Origin: a virus
DNA: 64,000 bases
IMG/VR virus record: IMGVR_UViG_3300045988_130225
Coordinates: 32,001-96,000 of that record
Reading direction: 5' to 3' (one strand)
How positions within the stretch are numbered: the first letter of the stretch is position 1; each line of letters opens with the position of its first letter. Shown piece by piece: positions 9,598 to 19,556 of this stretch. The translations under genes and the position numbers were made by a program. The notes under the pieces were generated by a model. That model was not told the DNA's origin and did no database searches. It was given only the letters and a program-made list of their open reading frames with translations.

Positions 9598-10452
9598 TTA
9601 AGATGTTCTTTGCCAAATATAACAACAAAGATATGGCTGTACAGTTGAAATAGTTTGTGTTGTTAATGTTACATCTCCGTGTGTATGTCCTTGTTCTCCA
9701 CCTGCACCTAATGTAGTTGTAATAGTACCTTTACTCCAATCATTAAACCAACCACCGTTGTTATGAATTTGAAAACCATTATTAGCCGAAATTGGAGAAA
9801 ACTCATTAGGCGCCGCAGAGTCATGTTTTACTGCTATAATACTTGTATTGCTATCCATACCATGTTGATGGTTTGGAATTTCATTTATTGTTAATACATG
9901 ATTTTGCGTTGTGTGTGCGTGAGTATAATCATTACTATACACACCGCCCAGTTTTCCTGCTTGATTAAAGCTATCTTGATTAGTGTCAACGCCTACTAAA
10001 GTTCTTCCTTGTCCTATTAACAACCAACTTCCACCAAAAAAAGTTGAAGGATTAGTAGCAACCAAAGAAAGATAAATTGAACCAACAGGATAAACATCTA
10101 AAGCACTAATACCACCAGATTTGCTACTTCCACCACCGCTTATATACATATTACTTGCTTGATTTTGTGGGTATGTGACTTTTACAATATCATTTATCTT
10201 AAAGTTTGCGACAGAGTAACTAGGAACTCTGCTATATTCTTTATTATCTATAACAACATTATATGTACCATCAGAATTTAAACTTTTAATCAAACCAGTT
10301 TTAGTAATATCTCTAGGTGCTTTATTAACTTCCTGCTTTGCAATAATTCTCATAGCTTCAAGTATTTCTTTATTTATATCCCATGTTTTAGCATCAAGGC
10401 TACTATTCCCTCGCTTAACATCGGTTCCTTTATTGTTGTATAAATTTTGCAT
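9598..10452 (-). CDS. tail fibre/baseplate protein with collar-like C-terminal knob
   Basis: C-terminus VGSIYLSLVATNPSTFFGGSWLLIGQGRTLVG...LTINEIPNHQH matches the PVGSIY...GG.W...P.H.H pattern common in Firmicute phage fibre proteins. Confidence 0.65.
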   Translation of the reverse strand: MQNLYNNKGTDVKRGNSSLDAKTWDINKEILEAMRIIAKQEVNKAPRDITKTGLIKSLNSDGTYNVVIDNKEYSRVPSYSVANFKINDIVKVTYPQNQASNMYISGGGSSKSGGISALDVYPVGSIYLSLVATNPSTFFGGSWLLIGQGRTLVGVDTNQDSFNQAGKLGGVYSNDYTHAHTTQNHVLTINEIPNHQHGMDSNTSIIAVKHDSAAPNEFSPISANNGFQIHNNGGWFNDWSKGTITTTLGAGGEQGHTHGDVTLTTQTISTVQPYLCCYIWQRTS

Positions 10453-10509
10453 AATTCAATTCACTTCCTTTACCAAAACAAACAAAATCTTTATAGTAAA
10501 AGGAGAGAA

Positions 10510-13500
10510 TTAATCTCTCCTTCCACCCATCTGTAATGCTCTGTTTTTTAAATTCTTTAATTCGTCAATAAATGATTGTGCGTTGGTAACATTTGGTAAT
10601 GTAAGATTTTCAAAAGCGTAGTTATAAATAGGTGCAGACTGTCCACCCATTTTTCCTACAATACTGTTTAACCATTGTGTAGGTGAGAATTTACCAAGTT
10701 GCATAAGATTCTCAGTCAAATGATTAGGAATAATACCGTCACCCTCATTAGACCTTGAACCAAGAACTCTTAATTCTCGACCTTTTTCACCAACCATAGA
10801 TAAACCATAACCTTTTGTTGTACCGTTTGCATAAGCCCCCGGGCCATGTGAAGTATCATCTTCATACCAGTTATCACCACCAGACCCATGAGAATATTCA
10901 GGTTCTTTATCAGTCCAATGTTCTTCTGGGTCAAGTTCGTCACCAAATTCTTCATCATCATCATCATCGTAACTTTTATATCTTGTCTTAAGTGTACTCA
11001 TTATTTCATTATATCTATCTACATAATCTTGAAGATTACCAAGACGTTTCTCCCAGTTTTCACCCTCTAAACTAATGCCTAATACTTGTTCAGCAAGAAG
11101 TTTATTCTGTTCAGTTGTATAATTATCTGTAACATTTCCCCATTCATCTTTATACTTTTGCCAATACTTTATCTGTTCTTCAACTGAATTAATTGTAGCG
11201 TCACGAATATCTTCTAATCGTTTTATCTCTTTCTTGGTGTCTTGCTCTTTCTTATATTGTGTAAGAGCAGTTTTAGCTTCGTCTACAGCAGATTGGTCTG
11301 TTTCGTAAACAAAACCTTGTCCCTCTCTATATATTCTTACTTTCTTTTGTTGTGCTTTTGCTAAAGCATCTAACTTTTCTTGTAGTTCAATTTCGTCATT
11401 TGTTGCATCGTTCTTTTCGTTTATTTTGTCAATCTCAGCATCGTACTGGTCTTGAATAGCTTGTTTTCTTTCGTTAAGTGCATCAATTTCTTTTTGCGCT
11501 AATGAAGCAACATAACTAAACGCTGTTTCCAGATTAGATTGTTGTTCCTCATACCAAGCCTTTTCTTCCTCCCACTCTTCTTTACGTGCTTTCTTACGCT
11601 TTTCTGCTTCTTGCTCTGCTTTTCTTGTATTTTCTTCTTCAAGTTTATTACGTCCAGAATAAATCTCTTCTTCAATTTTCCAACGTTGCTCTGCGTATTT
11701 TTCTTCATTACTATAGAACTCTTTCATTAATTCTTCAAGTTCGTCATAGTATTCCTGTTCAGAAATCATATCCATAGCAAGTTGATGTTTTAAGAGGTTA
11801 TAACGCTCAGTATAAGCCGCATCATGGGCTTTTGTCATACCGTCTAAGGCTTTCTCATGATACTTGTTATATTCATCCTCATACCCCTCTTTATCTTTGT
11901 AGTATTTATTTGTAAGTTCTTCAAGCTGTTCATAATACCATTTATCTGTAGCGGCATTATCTTTCATTGAAGCCTTTTGTTTATCTAAAGTAGCAAGTTC
12001 TTTTTCAAATGCTTCTTTATATGCTTTAGCGTCTGCTTTTGCTTGTTTTTCTGCATCTGAGGTTGAGGATTTCTTAGAACCACCGCCACCTTTACCAGAT
12101 TTGCCACCAGATGTAGACGGTTTAAACTGTAATCCTTTTCTCAATTCCTCTAAAAGTTTTTGATTTTGTTGATTACGGTAAGCTTGAACTTGTGCGTCAA
12201 ATCCTTCTGAGTAAGATTGAACACCAACACCGCTACTGCCTGTTCTAGCTTTTGGTGCGGCACCAGATACAGCATCTAAACTAGAAGCAAATTGTAAAAT
12301 TCCTTGCGCTCCTTGTGCAAATTGGTTACCTGTTGTTATAGCCGTATTACCAATCGTTGTTAAATAAGGATTTGCTTGTGAACTTGCTGTTCCCACTTGT
12401 TGAATAGAAGTTCCTAAATTATCAGAACCTTGTTTCCCTATTTCTGCGTTTGTGCCAACTTTTTGCTCACTTTCACTAAAAGTATCTAATCCTTGTGAAC
12501 TAGAAATAGCAGAAATCCCACTTTCAGTAAAGCTTTGTGCCATTGACATTAAAGAAGCATCGTTAACAACTAATTGACCATTTACCATTTGTAAAGAATT
12601 AAGATATTCTGGGTTTAAAGATAATAAATCAGCCATTGTATCTATTGTAACACTACCAGTTTTATTGTATTCGTCTGCTACTTCATGTAAAGTATCATAA
12701 GCGTCTTGAACACCTTTTAATTCTGATGTAAGACTTTTAATAGCTTCTTCAAATTCTTCTGTTTGAGAAGCGGCTTCACCTGCATCTTCACCATATTGAT
12801 TTACGCCATCAGCGGCTTCTTTTGCTTTATCACCATTATCTTGTAATTCAATTCCTAATGCTTTTGCAAAATCTGGAAATTGCGTAGCAACAACTTCATC
12901 TAATGCTTCTTTAAATAACGGAATCTGCGAATTATTTTTAAGCAACGCATTGTATACACTTTCAAAAGAACTAAGACTATCATATTGAGTATTTATAAAA
13001 GATTGCGTCTTTTTATCAACATCAACCGTTGCATCAGCGGCTTCTCTTGTAAGTGTAGCAGTTTTATTATATTTATCCTCTAATTCAACAAGAGTATTAC
13101 TTAAGAACGCTAAAGTTTGCTGATGTAATTTTGTTTGATTATCTTCTTGTTGCATTGCGGTAATAGTAGTGTTTAAATCCGCTATTAATTCTTTATAACC
13201 ACCTGCCGCTTCATAAACGCCTTCACCCAAACTCTTTGTATATTTATTATAAAACGCCTTAAAAGATTCACTGGATTCAGTATCAGAGGTAAATTTCAAA
13301 GGAATATAAAACGAAGTTCTATTTAACATATCCTGTGTTGCTTTTTGCGCTTTCTGAATTTCAGCTTGATTTCTGTTCAAAAAATCTTGTGATTTTTCAG
13401 CATTTTCTTTACTAAGTAAATCTAAACCTTCTGCTCTTGTTCCGTTCAAATTTGATAGTGCTTCTTCTTCAACACCATAAGCCTTAGCAAGTTTGGAAAT

Positions 13501-15174
13501 TGTAGATTTCAATTTCTGCTTATCTTCATCTTCGTTGCTTGCGGCATCTTTAGCATTAATATATTCAAGTCTTAAATTATAAAGATTTTTTCTTTCATCT
13601 TCAAAACTACTACCTGCTTGTTCTGCGGCTCTTCTTGCGTTTTCTTGTTGAGTATTATAATAACCATAAGCGGCTACAAGTCCAGTAACAACAAGTGATA
13701 CTGCACCTAAACTTGCAGTTAATAAACTACCTGCACCTGCCATAGCCGTAAATCCTTGTGCTAAAGAACCTGTAGCGGCATAAGCATAATCAAATTTAGC
13801 AATCATGTCTAAAACATTTGTAGATATTTTTGCTATCATTTCTGGTACTTTATGTCCATTAAGAGTAATAAAAGCACCTGTAATAGCAGTAAGTACAGTG
13901 GGCATACCGCCTAAATCATTAATAAGTTTTAATACTTGCGTACCAAATTCTACAAGGCGTTTTACACTATCTGAAGAAATACCCTCAGTCCAAAACTTTT
14001 CTAATTCAGATGTGAACTGAGATACTTTACCTTGAATAGAATCAAGATAACGTGCGTTTTCTTTAAGTGCTGAACCTTGGGAGTCTAAAGCTATTTTATA
14101 AGCTTCTGTAGCCGAATTAAGGTTTAGCATAACCGAGTTAAATACAGAAAATTGGTTCTTACCTGCCAACGCCAAACCCAGTGATTGCTTTTCAGCTTGT
14201 GACATATCATCCCAACTGGATTTTAAATCTTGAAAAACTTGATATGTACTTTTCATTTCTCCTGTAGATTTATCAAATAAATCTATGGATTTTGTCACAC
14301 CTTGTACTTTAAAACTTAATTCACCTGCTTCATTAGCGGCTTTTGCTATATTGTTTCCTATTGTAGTTAATCCCCTTGCAACCTGTGCGCTTCTTCCTGT
14401 AAGTATTTCTGTACCTGAGGTGATTAACGCTATAGATTGCTCAAAATCGTTGCCTAATACGGAAAGACCTGCACCTGCTACAGTAAGACCTTTTGCTAAA
14501 TCATTAGTTCCAACAGCCATGTTATTAGCAACCTCATTAGTGACATCTATGATATGTTGAGCATCTTCCGCTGTCATATTAAATGCTTTCATCTGAGAGT
14601 TCACAAAACTTGCACTATCTCCTGCTGAAATTGCAGTATCCGCAATATTCTGGAACATAGTTGCTACTTTTCCTAATTGTAAACTTTCTTGGTCTGAATA
14701 ACCCATTTTCTTGAACTGAGTTCCTGCTTCTATAAATTCAGTAGCACTTTTTCCTACTTCAAGACCCATTTCTCTTGCTGTGCTTACAAAACTTTTCATT
14801 CCCTCGTCTGTTAAATCAGACACTTTCTTATATTCAGTAACAGCCGCATCTAATTCCCTAACAGCATCTACACCTTCCATTAACGATTGTCTTAACTCAT
14901 TAATAACAAGTGTTACACCACCAAACTTAGACACCTTAGTAAATATATCACCAATACTTTGAGAAGTTTTTTCTGCACTTGTAGATGTATCATCAAATCC
15001 AACTTTTAATCCTTTAAGTCCACTTAACGCATCGTTAAGTTTACTTGTATCAACATCAATGCCAACTTTCATAGTTGCATATTTTTGACTTATCTTATCT
15101 AATTGTGCTTGAATATTTTTTGCGTCCAATACTGCGTTTACAAGTATTTGAAAATCTCTACTATTCAATGCCAT
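10510..15174 (-). CDS. tail tape measure protein
   Basis: 1554 aa, the longest ORF. It has a hydrophobic G/A-rich central segment (GSLLTASLGAVSLVVTGLVAAYGYY) and long K/E/Q coiled-coil stretches, and lies upstream of the baseplate genes. Confidence 0.85.
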   Translation of the reverse strand: MALNSRDFQILVNAVLDAKNIQAQLDKISQKYATMKVGIDVDTSKLNDALSGLKGLKVGFDDTSTSAEKTSQSIGDIFTKVSKFGGVTLVINELRQSLMEGVDAVRELDAAVTEYKKVSDLTDEGMKSFVSTAREMGLEVGKSATEFIEAGTQFKKMGYSDQESLQLGKVATMFQNIADTAISAGDSASFVNSQMKAFNMTAEDAQHIIDVTNEVANNMAVGTNDLAKGLTVAGAGLSVLGNDFEQSIALITSGTEILTGRSAQVARGLTTIGNNIAKAANEAGELSFKVQGVTKSIDLFDKSTGEMKSTYQVFQDLKSSWDDMSQAEKQSLGLALAGKNQFSVFNSVMLNLNSATEAYKIALDSQGSALKENARYLDSIQGKVSQFTSELEKFWTEGISSDSVKRLVEFGTQVLKLINDLGGMPTVLTAITGAFITLNGHKVPEMIAKISTNVLDMIAKFDYAYAATGSLAQGFTAMAGAGSLLTASLGAVSLVVTGLVAAYGYYNTQQENARRAAEQAGSSFEDERKNLYNLRLEYINAKDAASNEDEDKQKLKSTISKLAKAYGVEEEALSNLNGTRAEGLDLLSKENAEKSQDFLNRNQAEIQKAQKATQDMLNRTSFYIPLKFTSDTESSESFKAFYNKYTKSLGEGVYEAAGGYKELIADLNTTITAMQQEDNQTKLHQQTLAFLSNTLVELEDKYNKTATLTREAADATVDVDKKTQSFINTQYDSLSSFESVYNALLKNNSQIPLFKEALDEVVATQFPDFAKALGIELQDNGDKAKEAADGVNQYGEDAGEAASQTEEFEEAIKSLTSELKGVQDAYDTLHEVADEYNKTGSVTIDTMADLLSLNPEYLNSLQMVNGQLVVNDASLMSMAQSFTESGISAISSSQGLDTFSESEQKVGTNAEIGKQGSDNLGTSIQQVGTASSQANPYLTTIGNTAITTGNQFAQGAQGILQFASSLDAVSGAAPKARTGSSGVGVQSYSEGFDAQVQAYRNQQNQKLLEELRKGLQFKPSTSGGKSGKGGGGSKKSSTSDAEKQAKADAKAYKEAFEKELATLDKQKASMKDNAATDKWYYEQLEELTNKYYKDKEGYEDEYNKYHEKALDGMTKAHDAAYTERYNLLKHQLAMDMISEQEYYDELEELMKEFYSNEEKYAEQRWKIEEEIYSGRNKLEEENTRKAEQEAEKRKKARKEEWEEEKAWYEEQQSNLETAFSYVASLAQKEIDALNERKQAIQDQYDAEIDKINEKNDATNDEIELQEKLDALAKAQQKKVRIYREGQGFVYETDQSAVDEAKTALTQYKKEQDTKKEIKRLEDIRDATINSVEEQIKYWQKYKDEWGNVTDNYTTEQNKLLAEQVLGISLEGENWEKRLGNLQDYVDRYNEIMSTLKTRYKSYDDDDDEEFGDELDPEEHWTDKEPEYSHGSGGDNWYEDDTSHGPGAYANGTTKGYGLSMVGEKGRELRVLGSRSNEGDGIIPNHLTENLMQLGKFSPTQWLNSIVGKMGGQSAPIYNYAFENLTLPNVTNAQSFIDELKNLKNRALQMGGRRD

Positions 15175-15177
15175 TAT

Positions 15178-15762
15178 TTACATGCACCTACCTTTCTTGG
15201 CGTTTATATTTGGCTTCTTACCAAATCCCTTACTTATTTCAGTAGGTTTAATCTGTGACCATGCTATTCCAATAGCATCTCCAATATCATCATCATTTTT
15301 CACGCTTTTAGGTTTATCTAAATCATAAAACAATTCCAACCCAAAAATATGATTGACTTTTTCTATAGTTTTCCATTTCATTACTGGGCGTTTAGTTCCA
15401 TCTCTAGTACCATCATAAACACCCAAATCACTACGCCATTTACTAGGCATAAGAAATTCTATTTTTACATTATGTACTGCACAAACACCTAATACAATTC
15501 CTTGTAACACTGATAATTGTTTTACTGTTTGTACATTATTACCACATTCACCACTTAAAATTGTATCTTCACAATAAATAAAAAATGGGGAATAAGTGTC
15601 CAATAGCGTGGATAACTCATTCCCCATATATATACAACGTTCTCTCCAAGCTATCTCTTGCTTCTGTTTCCAAACGCCAAATTTAATCAATTTACCATTT
15701 TTAAAAACTGAATATCCAGAACTTTTCGTTGACATATCCAGTCCAATTACAACATTTTCCAT
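15178..15762 (-). CDS. RuvC-like Holliday junction resolvase
   Basis: VIGLDMSTKSSGYSVF (first Asp), YCEDT (Glu) and DDDIGDAIGIAW (C-terminal Asp) follow the RuvC/RNase H-fold resolvase pattern. Confidence 0.6.
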   Translation of the reverse strand: MENVVIGLDMSTKSSGYSVFKNGKLIKFGVWKQKQEIAWRERCIYMGNELSTLLDTYSPFFIYCEDTILSGECGNNVQTVKQLSVLQGIVLGVCAVHNVKIEFLMPSKWRSDLGVYDGTRDGTKRPVMKWKTIEKVNHIFGLELFYDLDKPKSVKNDDDIGDAIGIAWSQIKPTEISKGFGKKPNINAKKGRCM

Positions 15763-15782
15763 ATAATCCTCTTTTCCAAATT

Positions 15783-16292
15783 TTACCAGAAAGAGGATAT
15801 ATTTTTGCCTCTTCCTACACTTCTACACTGTATTCCTTGTTTTTGCATACCCTCAATGAACCATTTCTTTAATTCGCCTTTGTTCAACTGTTCAATTAGT
15901 GGTGTCCAAGCATCTCTTGGTTTGCACCACCAACCGTATCCAAACAAATCACCACCAAGACCTTGATATATAATTCCAGTTAATTCATCTCTTACATCAC
16001 CATAAGTAGTATATAAACTACCATGCTGAAACATTTCTGGATTATAAGACATAAAAGTAGGGTCTTGAGATAAAATCCCAGACCCACCTTTGCTTGTTTT
16101 TTGTGAATTTGTTTGCCAACTTTCCAGAAACTCATATGTTCTTTCATACTCTTCTGGCATATGTGTATATACAATCTGATTGATTAATTCTTTGTATTTT
16201 ATAATCATTTGTTGCATTACATATTCAACAGCTTTAAAAACTGGTTCATTGTACAAGGAATAAAACTCAGCTACATTTTTAGCATAAGCCAT
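15783..16292 (-). CDS. hypothetical protein
   Basis: 169 aa, ORF track, co-oriented. Confidence 0.55.
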   Translation of the reverse strand: MAYAKNVAEFYSLYNEPVFKAVEYVMQQMIIKYKELINQIVYTHMPEEYERTYEFLESWQTNSQKTSKGGSGILSQDPTFMSYNPEMFQHGSLYTTYGDVRDELTGIIYQGLGGDLFGYGWWCKPRDAWTPLIEQLNKGELKKWFIEGMQKQGIQCRSVGRGKNISSFW

Positions 16293-16301
16293 TTTACTTT
16301 A

Positions 16302-16751
16302 TCACTTCTTTCCAAACGCTTCAACCAACTTTTTACTGTCTGCTAACATATCCTCAATCTGCTTATTATTAGGCATTTTCTTAGCATATTTATCTAAAGT
16401 CTTATTCAACTGTTCTAAAAATTTATTTACATTAGTTCTGATTGATAATTCATCTTCTACATAATCGTCAATTTCACTAACGTTAAACACATCAAAATTC
16501 ACAGTTTCAATAATTCCAGATTTAACAAGCATATCATAATCTTTAGCAATTTCCTCTGGAATATCAGTCATTAACTTAACAAGCATTGTATTTTTAATAA
16601 CATTTCTCTCAACAGCATTTGAACACTTTAACATATTATTTCCAATAAGTTCAACCTGTTCTGGTGTTAAATAGTGTTTTACTGTATATTTTTCACCTTT
16701 TTTGTCCTCGGTATAAGGAATTGTTATCACTTTTTCTTCTAAATTAATCAT
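16302..16751 (-). CDS. hypothetical protein (position fits a tail assembly chaperone)
   Basis: ORF track 16302..16814. Start moved to MINLEEK (ATG 16751, AAAGGAA RBS). Acidic, alpha-helical-looking protein. Confidence 0.45.
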   Translation of the reverse strand: MINLEEKVITIPYTEDKKGEKYTVKHYLTPEQVELIGNNMLKCSNAVERNVIKNTMLVKLMTDIPEEIAKDYDMLVKSGIIETVNFDVFNVSEIDDYVEDELSIRTNVNKFLEQLNKTLDKYAKKMPNNKQIEDMLADSKKLVEAFGKK

Positions 16752-16878
16752 TTTATTCCATTCCTTTCGTTTTATTCCATAATCTATGTACAAGGGTGTA
16801 ACGAAACGTGACACCCTTTCAAAAAGTTTACCCTACCAATTTATCATACAATCCATTCAAGCCAATGTCGCCCTATTT

Positions 16879-17148
16879 TTACTTATCAGTAACCACTTTC
16901 TTTGCAACTTGGTCTACCCATGTAGAAGCCATTCCAGACACAATACCAATAGCAACAGCCGTCATAATATCGTCAGCAGGAAAATCAACCATATATCTAT
17001 AACCTAAAACACCTGCAATTCCACCAATCAATCCAACAATCGGCAAAATTTTATTATTATCTAACTTAGTATAATTTTTAACAAACTGTCCTGCAAGATA
17101 AGCAATAACTACAATTACAGGTACACTTACAATTCCGAAATCTGGCAT
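16879..17148 (-). CDS. holin
   Basis: 89 aa with hydrophobic segments (VPVIVVIAYLAGQFV, ILPIVGLIGGIAGVLGY, AVAIGIVSGMAST) and a charged C-terminus, as in phage holins. Confidence 0.6.
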   Translation of the reverse strand: MPDFGIVSVPVIVVIAYLAGQFVKNYTKLDNNKILPIVGLIGGIAGVLGYRYMVDFPADDIMTAVAIGIVSGMASTWVDQVAKKVVTDK

Positions 17149-17163
17149 AATATCAAGTCCTTT

Positions 17164-17544
17164 CTATTTGAATCCGTATTTAGTTGCTAATATATATCCT
17201 ACAAAAGATATTGCAATAATTATTGTGGGAAAATTTTTCTTTATGTATTCCATAATATTAAAATTGGATTCTTCTTTAATTTTATTAAAATCCGTTTTAA
17301 TATCGTTTACTTGAAGTTTAACGTCTGAAACGTCACTTTGTAAAGAAATCATTGTAATTTTAATATCTTGAATAGTTTCATTTAAAGCAGTATTAGTTTT
17401 TACAACTTGTTCTGATAATTGCTGAATAAATTTATGACTTTCTTGAAGTCTGGTAATATCTTGTGTATGTTCATCTACTTTTAACTTAACTTCTCTTAAA
17501 TCCTCTTTAATTTCATGTGCTGTCATATCTTCCACAAATCTCAC
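17164..17544 (-). CDS. XhlA-like coiled-coil membrane protein (lysis accessory)
   Basis: 126 aa. N-terminal coiled coil and a single C-terminal TM (FPTIIIAISFVGYILATKYGF), adjacent to the holin. Start codon is GTG or the internal ATG. Confidence 0.35.
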   Translation of the reverse strand: MRFVEDMTAHEIKEDLREVKLKVDEHTQDITRLQESHKFIQQLSEQVVKTNTALNETIQDIKITMISLQSDVSDVKLQVNDIKTDFNKIKEESNFNIMEYIKKNFPTIIIAISFVGYILATKYGFK

Positions 17545-17602
17545 CTACTTTACCATAAAATACCCTTCTTTCTTTTTTATCCGTCCATTCATTTCATTCC
17601 AA

Positions 17603-17977
17603 TTAATCACCACAAAGGTTAGCAAATACAATACCAGTAATTGCTCTCAAATCAGCCTTATTCAAAGTTCCAATATAGTTCTTAAACCTTGACTTATCCA
17701 CAGCACGAATTTGTTCAGCACAAGCAACGCTATCATCTACAAGAAATTTATTTTTTTCTTTAGATAATGTATAGTGTGTAAGCAAATCTTCTCTTTTAAC
17801 TTTAGAAGTTAAAGGTACTATGATTATGGTAGGGCTATAAAAATTTCCAGTATCATTCTGTAAAATTAATACTGGTCTTACTCCGCCTTGTTCTGAACCT
17901 TGGGTATTCCTTAAATCAGCATAATAAACTTCCCCTCTTTTGAATGTTCTTGCGTTATTGTTTATTGTTGTAAACAT
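17603..17977 (-). CDS. mazF: MazF/PemK-family endoribonuclease toxin
   Basis: 124 aa. RGEVYYADL...GSEQGGVRPVLILQND...IIIVPLTS...CAEQIRAVDKSR is the canonical PemK/MazF pattern. Confidence 0.8.
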   Translation of the reverse strand: MFTTINNNARTFKRGEVYYADLRNTQGSEQGGVRPVLILQNDTGNFYSPTIIIVPLTSKVKREDLLTHYTLSKEKNKFLVDDSVACAEQIRAVDKSRFKNYIGTLNKADLRAITGIVFANLCGD

Positions 17978-18025
17978 ATTCAGTTCTCCTTATGTACTAT
18001 ATTTTTATATAACTTTCATATAATA

Positions 18026-18054
18026 TATATAGCACTTTTTATTTACAAAGTCAA
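18026..18054 (-). promoter_or_regulatory. sigma-A-type promoter for mazF
   Basis: Minus strand reads TTGACT (18054-18049), 17 nt, then TATATA (18031-18026), followed by an AAGGAG RBS. Confidence 0.55.
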
Positions 18055-18059
18055 TACTT

Positions 18060-18407
18060 TTATTTACCATAACCCTTATTTTTATTAATACCATACCCAT
18101 TTTTTGTCTTATATAAAGTAACATATTTAGGTACAAAATTAAAAGGATTTTTCAATGTAATCACCATATTGTTCTCAACTTCAATATACAATTCGCCTTT
18201 CTTTTCAAAACGAACCCTTGAAGCCTTTTCTGGAACAATATATTCACTTTTTAACCTACAAGTATCTTGACTTGGTAATGGTTTCCAACAATCTGATATA
18301 TTGCACCAACGAACAAAAGGACAAATATTACCATTTTGTCTTTTACATAAAACCCTATTTCTATTATCTATTTTGCCAATATATGAATCTGGACACAAAA
18401 TAATCAC
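18060..18407 (-). CDS. Cys-rich hypothetical protein
   Basis: 115 aa with seven Cys in the N-terminal half. No family recognised. Confidence 0.5.
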   Translation of the reverse strand: MIILCPDSYIGKIDNRNRVLCKRQNGNICPFVRWCNISDCWKPLPSQDTCRLKSEYIVPEKASRVRFEKKGELYIEVENNMVITLKNPFNFVPKYVTLYKTKNGYGINKNKGYGK

Positions 18408-18489
18408 TTCCTTTACAGCAAAATTTAAAATATGTAAAATGCGTAGAGCATATCACCCTACGCATATAGATACAAGCCAGTAACAGAGA

Positions 18490-19536
18490 TTAACCGACAG
18501 TTACGTTAGCATAGCCTTCAACTGCTTGATTCTTAGTAAGAACAGCGTGGATAGTGGTTGTACCAGTTGCTACGCCCTCTACCTCACCAGTTGCGTCATC
18601 TACTTTAGCTGTACCAACAGCACCACTTGTAAAAGTAACAGCAGTTGGGTCTACTAACTTAGGCAGAGCATTTCTGATAAGAGCATAAACCTTAATGGTT
18701 TCTTTCTCAGCTACTTGTAAATCAATATCAGCCGGAGTTAAAGCTAATGCGTAAGCATCATTTTCCCACTGAGCAGTGGACAGAATTTCCTTAATAGTAC
18801 CATAAATAGCTTCGTCACTACAACTAGAGGTTTCAGCAGAAGCCAGAGCAGAACCATTAAGAGGTGTGTTAGCCGCACCAGTCATACTCATAGAAATCTC
18901 CTGTGAACCGTTTAACATTAAACGTGGAATATCAATCTGAACCTCACCGACCTTAGTAGTAGAAGCTTCATTTGGATTAGTGCTACTACCTGCAAACAAA
19001 GTACCAGTCATTACAGCATGTACAGTAGCAGGAATAAAGTTAGCACCTACTGTAAGCACTCTCATGGAATCATTGTTTACTATATACTTAACGCAATAAA
19101 CATCACCAGACATAGCACCTGCGACAGTGATAATCTTGTTGTTGAAAGTACCCTTAGTCCATGTAGAATCATTAGGTTTCTTATACCAACCAATAGTACC
19201 AAAATTACCAAATGCTACAGGAATACCTGCTACAGTAATCTGTCCTGCATCTGTTACAGTAACTTCCTCAACAGTTAAAGCACTGCCACCAATCGCAATA
19301 TCAGAACCAATGTTCTTTGCGATAAATTCAAGACGGAACATTACATCAGTAAGAGTTACGTCCATTGTGGAAGAATGTGCGTATTTACCATACAGTTTTG
19401 CACCTTGTCCACCACGAATATCTTCAAGAGATACATCAAAACTAAAAGTAGAATCTGTTAAAGTTTTTGCAGTAGCAAACAGTTCATCACCTACAAAAAG
19501 GTCAACATTTGCTACACCGGCTAAAAAAGCATCCAT
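18490..19536 (-). CDS. major tail protein with C-terminal Ig-like (Big_2-type) domain
   Basis: 348 aa with visibly higher GC and expression-type codon usage. The C-terminus VTFTSGAVGTAKVDDATGEVEGVATGTTTIHAV is Big_2-like. Confidence 0.7.
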   Translation of the reverse strand: MDAFLAGVANVDLFVGDELFATAKTLTDSTFSFDVSLEDIRGGQGAKLYGKYAHSSTMDVTLTDVMFRLEFIAKNIGSDIAIGGSALTVEEVTVTDAGQITVAGIPVAFGNFGTIGWYKKPNDSTWTKGTFNNKIITVAGAMSGDVYCVKYIVNNDSMRVLTVGANFIPATVHAVMTGTLFAGSSTNPNEASTTKVGEVQIDIPRLMLNGSQEISMSMTGAANTPLNGSALASAETSSCSDEAIYGTIKEILSTAQWENDAYALALTPADIDLQVAEKETIKVYALIRNALPKLVDPTAVTFTSGAVGTAKVDDATGEVEGVATGTTTIHAVLTKNQAVEGYANVTVG

Positions 19537-19556
19537 TATATTACTCCTTTCATATT

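Noticed and set aside
1-10500. A diversity-generating retroelement (DGR) acting on the tail fibre genes.
   Set aside because: There is no reverse transcriptase gene and no template/variable repeat pair in the window. The paralogous fibre N-termini differ at all base types, not only at adenines.
10770-14962. Short ORFs on both strands inside the tape measure gene (10770..10967, 11499..11708, 11539..11777, 13805..14020, 14285..14560 and 14780..14962).
   Set aside because: They are nested in a continuous 1554-aa ORF with strong coding character. Their products are K-rich or F/L-rich frame artefacts of GAA/AAG repeats.
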